Shown: positions 20,540 to 28,166 of the stretch, piece after piece
Layout: every line of letters starts with the position of its first letter
How positions within the stretch are numbered: position 1 is the first letter of the stretch
Source of the DNA: Pedobacter sp. UBA5917
GTDB taxonomy: Bacteria > Bacteroidota > Bacteroidia > Sphingobacteriales > Sphingobacteriaceae
DNA length: 64,000 bases
Reading direction: 5' to 3'
Assembly: GCF_002432345.1 (NCBI RefSeq)
Contig: NZ_DJDT01000299.1
Coordinates: 2,454-66,453 of the forward strand
The notes under the pieces: model-generated
Seen by the model: the letters and a program-made list of their open reading frames with translations, nothing else
Database searches by the model: none
Told to the model about the DNA's origin: nothing
Made by a program: the position numbers and the translations under genes

Positions 20540-20971
20540 TCATTGCCACAAAATACAATTGATACTGCAGAGAAAAGTACTTTTAATCGCTTTACCATTA
20601 ACAACCGGCGCTTTCCAGCCTTTTAATTTAAAAAATTTAGCTTTTATTTTAGCTTCACAGGCTTTGGTGAGGCTTTCGTCAGGAAAACCAACATCAGTGA
20701 TGTTTCCCTGTTCGTTGATAAGCAACAGCATTTTTAATTTAGTTGGCGGATAACCACTGTTTTTAAAACCCTCCTTGCTCATCAAAGGCGTTACTTCAGC
20801 ACTTAAATATCTATAAAATCCCCTAAGCCCATCTTTTGTATAGCTGGGCAAAGTACTTTCGTAATCAGGTTGAGGAACAGCTACTGTGGATATGCTGGTT
20901 TTAATCTGCGTATAGCCCTTATATGAGCATAGGGCAATTAAAACCAAAAGAATGAGCGGAGCATTTTTCAT
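20540..20971 (-). CDS. small secreted protein, possibly a TonB-C-like fold
   Basis: Signal peptide MKNAPLILLVLIALCSYKGYTQ. The C-terminal pattern GWKAPVVNGKAIKSTF weakly resembles TonB C-terminal domains. Confidence 0.5.
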   Translation of the reverse strand: MKNAPLILLVLIALCSYKGYTQIKTSISTVAVPQPDYESTLPSYTKDGLRGFYRYLSAEVTPLMSKEGFKNSGYPPTKLKMLLLINEQGNITDVGFPDESLTKACEAKIKAKFFKLKGWKAPVVNGKAIKSTFLCSINCILWQ

Positions 20972-20995
20972 TTAATGAAGGTATAAAAAAAATCA

Positions 20996-21745
20996 TCAAA
21001 CCACTTCAATACCCAAATGCCTGTAAGGTGCCAATGCGACATCTGCAGGGTCGGTTTCGGTGATGATTACATCTACATCGGTAACCGGACAAACATAATA
21101 AGGTTCAACGGTATTTATTTTTTCGAGCGCCGAGAGCGCAATGGTTTTCTGTGCCTGCATGATCATGGCGTTATTCAGCTGGGCATCTTCATAGATAATG
21201 GAGGTAATGCCCATGCTATGATGCAAACTGCAGATGCCGAGCACACAGATATCGGCCCTCACTTTTCTAAAGGTATCAACAGTATCCTGCCCCATGGTGG
21301 TAAATGCAGTTTTATGCAATCTTCCACCGGCAAATATCACTTCGGCGCTCGGATGGTCTTCCAAAATGTTAGCCACCGGAAAACTATTCGTAATGATGGT
21401 AATTTTTAAATCTTTTGGCAATGCAGCAGCAAGGGCAACAACGGAAGTACCTCCATCAAAAAACACCACCTGGCCATCTTTCAAAAACTGTAAAGCTTTA
21501 TTTGCGATAACCTGCTTATGCTGCTGATTGTATTTTTCGCGCTCCCTGTAGTGCTGCGGAACAGGCGAATGGGAAATTGCACCACCCCTAACGGCACGCA
21601 GCAGTCCTTGCGAATCGAGTTCCTTAATATCGCGCCGTACGGTATCTTCCGATACATTCAGCAATGTACTCAATTCATCCAGCCTTACCTTACTGTCTTT
21701 TTCGATGTTATCTATTATGATCTGTAAACGCTCTTCCTTTACCAT
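20996..21745 (-). CDS. DeoR/GlpR-family transcriptional regulator
   Basis: N-terminal HTH (RLDELSTLLNVSEDTVRRDIKEL) plus a C-terminal DeoR sugar-phosphate sensor domain. Confidence 0.85.
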   Translation of the reverse strand: MVKEERLQIIIDNIEKDSKVRLDELSTLLNVSEDTVRRDIKELDSQGLLRAVRGGAISHSPVPQHYREREKYNQQHKQVIANKALQFLKDGQVVFFDGGTSVVALAAALPKDLKITIITNSFPVANILEDHPSAEVIFAGGRLHKTAFTTMGQDTVDTFRKVRADICVLGICSLHHSMGITSIIYEDAQLNNAMIMQAQKTIALSALEKINTVEPYYVCPVTDVDVIITETDPADVALAPYRHLGIEVV

Positions 21746-21750
21746 AAAAA

Positions 21751-21764
21751 TGCAATATATTGCA
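21751..21764. promoter_or_regulatory. 14 bp perfect palindrome TGCAATATATTGCA (candidate DeoR operator 1)
   Basis: Overlaps the minus-strand -7 box TATATTTG (21770-21763) of the deoR-like gene. Confidence 0.6.
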
Positions 21765-21792
21765 AATATAAGAATTTATTCGAATTTAAATT

Positions 21793-21806
21793 TGCAATAT
21801 ATTGCA
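21793..21806. promoter_or_regulatory. 14 bp perfect palindrome TGCAATATATTGCA (candidate DeoR operator 2)
   Basis: Identical second copy 42 bp from the first. It lies just upstream of the plus-strand -7 box TACTTTTG (21815-21822) of the nucleotidase gene. Confidence 0.6.
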
Positions 21807-21841
21807 ATATTAAATACTTTTGTTGCAAAATATAGCAAACC

Positions 21842-22393
21842 ATGAAAAAGACAATAGGCATTGATATGGATGGCGTACTGGCCGACATTGAAGATCACAT
21901 ATTACAAACCTACTATACAGAAACAGGCATTTTACTTACACGTAATGATATTAAAGGCAAACAGGAAGAAGAACTTTTTCCGGATAGGGCCGTAGTAATG
22001 AATATCTGCAACAGGGTAGGTTTTTTCAGAAATTTACCGGTTATGGAGGGCGCAATTGAAACGGTGAAACAGCTAATGGAAGATTATGAGATCTACATCG
22101 TTTCGGCCGCAATGGAATTCCCCTTATCACTTTTCGAAAAACACGAATGGCTGGCCGAACATTTCCCTTTTATCGGCTGGAGAAATATTATCTTCTGTGG
22201 CGATAAAAGTATTATAGATACCGATTATTTAATCGACGATCATTGTAAAAACCTCGATTTCTGTAAAGGAAAGCCCTTAATGTTTACTGCGTTCCACAAT
22301 GTGGATAAAGATCACCACCAACGCATCAACCATTGGAATGAGGTACCGGCTTTGTTAAAACAACTGGAAGAGGAAAACCTGACATTGGCATAA
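21842..22393 (+). CDS. 5'(3')-deoxyribonucleotidase (HAD superfamily)
   Basis: HAD motif I IGIDMDGVLAD, and size and layout typical of the NT5C family. Confidence 0.75.
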   Translation: MKKTIGIDMDGVLADIEDHILQTYYTETGILLTRNDIKGKQEEELFPDRAVVMNICNRVGFFRNLPVMEGAIETVKQLMEDYEIYIVSAAMEFPLSLFEKHEWLAEHFPFIGWRNIIFCGDKSIIDTDYLIDDHCKNLDFCKGKPLMFTAFHNVDKDHHQRINHWNEVPALLKQLEEENLTLA

Positions 22394-22407
22394 TGAAACC
22401 CACCAAA

Positions 22408-22436
22408 TAAAAAAAGGATGTAGCCGCTGGCTACAC
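22408..22436 (-). terminator. rho-independent terminator (minus strand)
   Basis: TGTAGCC-gct-GGCTACA, followed on the minus strand by a T-run (A-run 22408-22415 on plus). Confidence 0.6.
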
Positions 22437-22562
22437 CCTCTATCTAAATTAACGCTCTCAACTATGAAGTTGATATAAGGCTCTCACCCCTTATGCCTAC
22501 AATATTACGGCAGAAAGATTAAGATTTGATGAAGATTTTAATTTACTGCAAATATTTTTTGG

Positions 22563-23921
22563 TTAATCGCCACCACAGCCGCCACAGCTACCGCACGAAC
22601 TTCCACATGATGAACCGCAGGAACTGGCCCCTCCTCCGCTATCGCCGCCCCTATTTCTTTCAGCGTTAGCCAAAGGAATCAAACTGACTGATAATACGGC
22701 CGAACCATATAGAAAATAGTCCCAACGCCAATCGCGGTTTTCTTTTATTGCCGGTAGAATAGTTTGTTTATAAAGATTTGGGATGGCAAGACTAAAAAAC
22801 TGCTGATTGAGTTTATAGAGGTAGTTTATTGTAAAAATGAGCAGAAGCCCCAGTAAAATTGCGATTTCAACAACAGGCTTATCCCTCGAAATACCTGTAA
22901 TAAGACGAATCAACGAAAACATGATTAGGGCAGCAAAAACTGTAAAATTAAGATAAAACAGCTTTGCAAATGGCTGTGATTGATTCAAATACCACTTCAA
23001 TTGGTCCATGCTCCTTGCGGTATTAGTAAAAATAGATTTAGCCCGCAATCTCTGGAGCAGCTCGCGATAAAAAATATTGCCATGGTCTTTTAAAACCGTA
23101 ATTACCTGAAGTTGTTCACCGGAAAGACGATCGTTTCCATTTGAAATACGCACCCGCTGATCTGATCCAACACTTATTATACCATCGTTTATCAGTTCGC
23201 TTATTGTTCCATTGATAACATCATCCAATTTTCCGCTTTTAAGATAAACCAGTTCGAATGGTTGAAGATGGTAAATAAAGGCCTCCTTATTAAAACTGCC
23301 GGCCAGCTGTTTAAACCTATTCTTTGTATATAAATTAAGAATAACATAAGCAGGAAGTATTAATCCAAGCAAACCCAAAATAAAATATGGATTATCGATA
23401 TGGATATAAAGCGGTTTGAGCAGGTAATAAAAAGGGACAATCAGTAAAATAAAAGCTACTACACCATAAAGCGCAAAAAGGTCCGCGGTAATTTTAGCCG
23501 GTTTAAGTTTTAAACTGCCCAGCATGGTATCGTTCTGCCAAATATCTCCGGGTTGTTCGCCAAAATTGGCACCATAAAGTTTTTGGGTTTGATCTGCTGC
23601 TCTTTTAAACCGCTCAAATTCTGCTTTATTGTGCGTAGAGGGAACATGTTGGATAACTTTACCGAGCAGGGAACAGAAATCGTGGTAAGATTGGCTAAAA
23701 ATGAGGTGCTGGTGCCAAACGATATCAACAATTGCAGCAGGCGAAACCATCACGTCAGAAGTGGCCGCGAGGTACATAAATTTTTTATACTCCAGAATGG
23801 CCTTTTCGGTAAAATCTCTTGTCCAGCGGTTCTCACTGGCCAATCTGACCGAAAAAGAATATTCGCCCGATGGATGATCGGGATTAAATTGAATGATCTT
23901 ATCCCAGAGCGCCTCGTTCAT
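22563..23921 (-). CDS. membrane protein, TIGR04222-like, with a glycine-rich-domain-protein-like N-terminus and a Cys/Gly/Ser C-terminal tail
   Basis: Soluble N-terminal domain (EYKKFMYL...VDIVWHQHLIFSQSY). Several TM segments. Tail GGDSGGGASSCGSSCGSSCGSCGGCGGD. Confidence 0.65.
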   Translation of the reverse strand: MNEALWDKIIQFNPDHPSGEYSFSVRLASENRWTRDFTEKAILEYKKFMYLAATSDVMVSPAAIVDIVWHQHLIFSQSYHDFCSLLGKVIQHVPSTHNKAEFERFKRAADQTQKLYGANFGEQPGDIWQNDTMLGSLKLKPAKITADLFALYGVVAFILLIVPFYYLLKPLYIHIDNPYFILGLLGLILPAYVILNLYTKNRFKQLAGSFNKEAFIYHLQPFELVYLKSGKLDDVINGTISELINDGIISVGSDQRVRISNGNDRLSGEQLQVITVLKDHGNIFYRELLQRLRAKSIFTNTARSMDQLKWYLNQSQPFAKLFYLNFTVFAALIMFSLIRLITGISRDKPVVEIAILLGLLLIFTINYLYKLNQQFFSLAIPNLYKQTILPAIKENRDWRWDYFLYGSAVLSVSLIPLANAERNRGGDSGGGASSCGSSCGSSCGSCGGCGGD

Positions 23922-24145
23922 AACAGTTTGTGTTATTTCTCAAATTCAAGCCATTTCCCCATCTTTTTCCATGGGAGGCAAAGTAAAATAAACAATAGTT
24001 CAAGTAGTATTTCCATACTATAAATATAATACAAATAAGGTTTAAATACATAACCCGCATGAGTTACCTTCATTTAGAGGGATAGTTTTGGATAAAAATC
24101 GATATGAACACAGAGGAATTAATGCGTTCGATATCAAAAAATACT

Positions 24146-24268
24146 GTCATTTCCAGCGGCCCAGATAACTATCGGGGGTAAAGCAGTCGAGAAACGAATT
24201 GCTCAGCGAAGCTAAATCTATTTCGAGATAGATCTCTCCGCTACACTGCGTTTCGGTCGAGATGACGC
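24146..24268. repeat. REP-A element, copy 3 (inverted orientation, one arm diverged or expanded)
   Basis: Right arm AGATCTCTCCGCTACACTGCGTTTCGGTCGAGATGACG is the reverse complement of the copy 1 left arm. Confidence 0.75.
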
Positions 24269-24337
24269 CAGATAATAGATCATTAAATAATGTCAAATGT
24301 AGCGATGTGCAGCGTAGACCAAACAATGATATTAACC

Positions 24338-24946
24338 TCACACCAATTCCTTTACCAATTTACTGCGTATGCGACTCAGTGTTTCGAGGCGCATACCCAG
24401 ATAACTGGCAATACAGCGCAACGGAACTTTTGACACATCAAAAGAATTTAATTCCAGAAATTTTTCATAGCGACGTTCTGCAGAAGGAATACGGGCGAGT
24501 ATCGATCTTTCTGATGCAGCGTGGTATTGCAATGCCAGGATTTTCCGCCCGATTACATTGGTTTCGGGATGGATAGCGTATAACTTATCAATCAAAGCAC
24601 GGGGAATGGGTACGAGTTCGGAATTTTCGAGCGCCTGCAAATATTCAATAGATGGCTGAATACTCTCATCCGGATGCTGTATAGCCCCGATAAATTCGTT
24701 TCCCAAACTAATCCAGGTAGTGATTTCTTTACCATCATCTTTGATAAAACCTCTTACCAGACTGTTTACCACAAAAAAAACATCGTCGTTATTATCAATC
24801 GGCGAAAGAATATACTTGTTCTTTTTAACCTGTATAGGCTGAACATTTTTTTCGATTTCCTGAATAAAACCCGGCGTTATCGGGCTCAAACTGCTGAAAT
24901 AATTCAATACAGCATTCACTAAAAATACCTTTCGGGATTCAAGCAT
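24338..24946 (-). CDS. Crp/Fnr-family transcriptional regulator
   Basis: cNMP-binding-like beta-roll followed by the C-terminal HTH RCIASYLGMRLETLSRIRSKL. Confidence 0.8.
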   Translation of the reverse strand: MLESRKVFLVNAVLNYFSSLSPITPGFIQEIEKNVQPIQVKKNKYILSPIDNNDDVFFVVNSLVRGFIKDDGKEITTWISLGNEFIGAIQHPDESIQPSIEYLQALENSELVPIPRALIDKLYAIHPETNVIGRKILALQYHAASERSILARIPSAERRYEKFLELNSFDVSKVPLRCIASYLGMRLETLSRIRSKLVKELV

Positions 24947-25045
24947 ACAATATAGGGATAGACTTTAGACCTTTAATTATAGCAAATCCAACTGAAACTT
25001 GAAAATAAAGTAGATTATTGAGACGATTGTGCTGTTAAAAACTTA

Positions 25046-25360
25046 TTAAACGGTAGTTTTCCTGATGTTTTGGAGCGTGATCTGATAAATCCAGCTAAAA
25101 ATACGCAACTTTGTTGCATCATAAAGATCGAAAGATTTCCATACTTCGCAAAAGGTCTGATCCAAAATCAATTTTGCCTTTTCCTCGTCATTTACTTTCC
25201 TGATAATCGCACCATAAATGGCCGCAGCGTATTGTTTGTACAGCAATTTGAATGCTTTGCCATCCTGATTTCTCAGCTGATCAAAAAAGATTTCCTCGTT
25301 TGATAACCAAACTTTTAGACTGGAATCCTGATCTACAATCCGGTTAACTGGCACATTCAT
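25046..25360 (-). CDS. sigma-70 region-2-only protein (ECF-sigma-like, lacks region 4)
   Basis: AFKLLYKQYAAAIYGAIIRKV...ILDQTFCEVWKSFDLYD...FSWIYQITLQNI follows the ECF region 2 pattern. The ORF ends at 104 aa, and no region 4 is encoded downstream in any frame. Confidence 0.55.
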   Translation of the reverse strand: MNVPVNRIVDQDSSLKVWLSNEEIFFDQLRNQDGKAFKLLYKQYAAAIYGAIIRKVNDEEKAKLILDQTFCEVWKSFDLYDATKLRIFSWIYQITLQNIRKTTV

Positions 25361-25460
25361 AATAAATTGATATTATAAACTGAACCATGGATACCGTTGA
25401 TTTGTTTAGTTCACACTGATTAATCAAACAACCACACAGAGTACCCCTAAAAGTGCTAAA

Positions 25461-26441
25461 TTAAAAGTAACATTTCGGCCGCCTGCTTTTTTTGGTAACC
25501 AGGTAATAACCAACCGAAACCTCATGCGAACCGTAATCATAATTAGCCAGTTTATTTAAACTATAATCATAAGCATAACCGATACGCAGGTTCTGCCGGA
25601 TAAATAATTCGCTGATAAAACCAATGGCTGCACGATCGCGCAGGTTGTTATCCAGGTTTCGCTTTGGATATATTTTAACAGAAGTACGGTAAACAGCTCC
25701 GAGCCAAAAACGTTCCTTTACCAGTAAAAAAGCATTCAGATCCAATGAAGTAGGTCCGTGCAGGTCATCTTTGATCAAAAAAGTTGGCTTAAAAACAAAT
25801 TCATCATTCAATGGCAGCGCAAAACCAGAGGTTAAATAAAAATGTGGCTGCACTTTAACATTAAGCAGGCTATAATCGTTAAAAACCGACAAGGATTTAG
25901 ACAAAAGATTATCGGCAGAAAAACCAATAAAAAATTTCTCATTAGAGTAATGGATGCCGGCCCGGATATCAGGCATCACTTGGCTTACATTCCCTGTTGG
26001 AATACGGCTATCGCCCTGTTCAATCGGGTCGAGCAGGTTGCCATTTAAACTGGTTTGTATTACTCCCACGCCCAGACCAAAGGCGAGGATATTTGTCTCA
26101 GTACGATCTAACTTTATGCGGTAGGCAAAATTCGCTGAGGCATTTAAAGCACTCTGCGCCCCGATTTTATCTTTGGTAATGATGGCGCCTATACCCAAAC
26201 TTTCGTCATTAATGGCTTCATCAGCCGAAATAGACAGGGTTTGCGGTGCACCTTTAACGCCGGTCCATTGTGCCCGTGCGAAGGCCTGCAGATAAAGCTC
26301 CTCTTTGTAGCCGGTATATGCGGGATTGATATACATCCCGTTAAAAACATACTGACCAAACTGCGCATTCTGTTGGGCATGAAGTTTAAAAAACGCCATG
26401 CAGACCATAAAAACAAGAACGACTTTTTTTAAGCTCATCAT
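25461..26441 (-). CDS. T9SS PorP/SprF-family outer-membrane protein (cassette 2)
   Basis: Signal peptide followed by QQNAQFGQYVFNGMYINPAYTGY..., the hallmark PorP/SprF N-terminus. Predicted beta-barrel. Ends SRRPKCYF. Confidence 0.9.
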   Translation of the reverse strand: MMSLKKVVLVFMVCMAFFKLHAQQNAQFGQYVFNGMYINPAYTGYKEELYLQAFARAQWTGVKGAPQTLSISADEAINDESLGIGAIITKDKIGAQSALNASANFAYRIKLDRTETNILAFGLGVGVIQTSLNGNLLDPIEQGDSRIPTGNVSQVMPDIRAGIHYSNEKFFIGFSADNLLSKSLSVFNDYSLLNVKVQPHFYLTSGFALPLNDEFVFKPTFLIKDDLHGPTSLDLNAFLLVKERFWLGAVYRTSVKIYPKRNLDNNLRDRAAIGFISELFIRQNLRIGYAYDYSLNKLANYDYGSHEVSVGYYLVTKKSRRPKCYF

Positions 26442-26457
26442 ATCAGTTTAATTGTAT

Positions 26458-27402
26458 TTACCTAATAATGGTGATATAACCTTTATATTCAAGCCAATCG
26501 GTATTACCATTTTTCACCTTAACCACATAGAAATAAGTCCCATCACTTAATCCAGGCGCGGTCCAGTTATTGAGGTATTTGTTTGATTGATATACCGTAC
26601 TTCCCCACCTATTGATTACCGTTACTTCATTAAACTCAAAAGATTCGAGGTTTTCGAGATAAAATGTATCGTTTTTCCCATCCCCATTGGGTGTAAATAC
26701 ATTTGGTATCCTTAAACCCGAAATCTCTTTCAAATCGGTTGAAGTATTATTTGATAACACGGGATCATTTTCGGTTGCCGTTACAGTTGCGGTATTGCTT
26801 ACCATGCCAGGTTGTTTTGCCCTTACATGCACCACAAGCTCTGCAAATTTTCCATTGCCCAAAAGATCTATCCCCCATTGAATAGTTCTTGTAGCCGGAT
26901 CGTAAATGGCAGTTCCATCTGTTGGCTGGGCCAAACTTTCGAAAATGAGGTTATCTGGTAAAACATCCTTCACTTTTACGAATGTGGCATCATCTGTACC
27001 GTTATTCCGTACATCCAGGTAGTAATCAAACACCTGGTTACTCAGTACATTTTTGGTTTCCGAGCGCTTGGTGATGGCTACATCAGCCACAGGTGTACTG
27101 ATTACCTCTACTTCTATCTCATCAGAAGATTCAGACTCGCAGTCTAAACGGTTTATTGCGGTAACCTTATAAATTCCTGCTGTTGCGGTAACGAGTTCCT
27201 GTTTGGTCTGGCCGGGCACACGCTTCCCATCCTTGTACCAGATGTACGAGGAAGCCCCCACCGAATTTGCGCGCAACGAAACCGCCGATCCTTTTTTGAT
27301 CGTGATTTTCGGCCGCCCATTGGGTACGGTCTGGCTAAATCCTATTATAGATGAAAATAATAGAAAAGCCATAAACAGGAAGGTATAAAACCTAAGCCTC
27401 AT
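26458..27402 (-). CDS. small T9SS cargo: Ig-like domain + DUF11 repeat + type-B C-terminal sorting domain (cassette 2)
   Basis: C-terminus IPNVFTPNGDGKNDTF...INRWGSTVY...DGTYFYVV...KGYITIIR matches the gliding-motility-associated type-B CTD pattern. The middle has a DUF11-like block (VADVAITKR...NNGTDDAT...TATVTA..DP...NNTS). Confidence 0.85.
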   Translation of the reverse strand: MRLRFYTFLFMAFLLFSSIIGFSQTVPNGRPKITIKKGSAVSLRANSVGASSYIWYKDGKRVPGQTKQELVTATAGIYKVTAINRLDCESESSDEIEVEVISTPVADVAITKRSETKNVLSNQVFDYYLDVRNNGTDDATFVKVKDVLPDNLIFESLAQPTDGTAIYDPATRTIQWGIDLLGNGKFAELVVHVRAKQPGMVSNTATVTATENDPVLSNNTSTDLKEISGLRIPNVFTPNGDGKNDTFYLENLESFEFNEVTVINRWGSTVYQSNKYLNNWTAPGLSDGTYFYVVKVKNGNTDWLEYKGYITIIR

Positions 27403-27440
27403 TTACAGATTTACAAACAGGAAAAATGGATTAAACGATA

Positions 27441-28136
27441 TTAAAAAGTAACCGGGGTAGCTTTTCCAGAAATCAACGCAGGTGTAATGGTTGGTTTGGT
27501 TGGTTTAGGCGTTACCGTTACATCATGATCTACCGTTTGTGCACAATATTTATTGCCGTTAATTTCGTAACCTACTTTTAAGCGGTATTTTGTAGTACCC
27601 ACTGTAGGCGAAACCGGTGTATAATCTTTTTGGGTTGCACCGGCAATTGCGGTTTCGGCTGTACCAACAACAGTATACCATTGATAAGCTAAACTGGTAA
27701 TGGTAGGATCTTCGGGATTGGTAATTGTTCCAATCTGGGCAATCGGTGTTTCCACACAAAAATCGGCCGCGGCAAAATTGGGCACCAATGGCTGAAGTAC
27801 ATAAACCGGGATTTCCTGCATGTCTGACTCGCAGGATCCTGCGGCAGTAGCTTTCGAGCTTAAATAATAAAATCCATTTTTTAAAATGGCAGCGGGAATC
27901 TGGTTCCCACCGGTTAAAGTAATTAAGTCTGGTGGTGTTGTGGTTTGTGTAGCACTGTATCTTACAATCCAGTTTTGGCCTGGGGCTGGTGCAGGCAAGG
28001 TAAGATCGGAACCTTTACAGAATAAGTTAACGCCTGTAGTGGTTGGTGTAACGGTAACCTGTGCCGAAACGCGTAAGAAGTTACATATCAGCAATAATGC
28101 GATTACGAATAAGCTCTTTTTAATTGTACTGTTCAT
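27441..28136 (-). CDS. secreted two-Ig-like-domain protein, no CTD (cassette 2)
   Basis: Own signal peptide (LLLICNFLRVSAQ). Ig-like pattern with YQWY and C...C pairs. Ends in a Pro-rich linker plus a short tail (TPKPTKPTITPALISGKATPVTF). Confidence 0.75.
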   Translation of the reverse strand: MNSTIKKSLFVIALLLICNFLRVSAQVTVTPTTTGVNLFCKGSDLTLPAPAPGQNWIVRYSATQTTTPPDLITLTGGNQIPAAILKNGFYYLSSKATAAGSCESDMQEIPVYVLQPLVPNFAAADFCVETPIAQIGTITNPEDPTITSLAYQWYTVVGTAETAIAGATQKDYTPVSPTVGTTKYRLKVGYEINGNKYCAQTVDHDVTVTPKPTKPTITPALISGKATPVTF

Positions 28137-28166
28137 GGGGAATTGTTTTTTAGTTTGTTTAATTTT

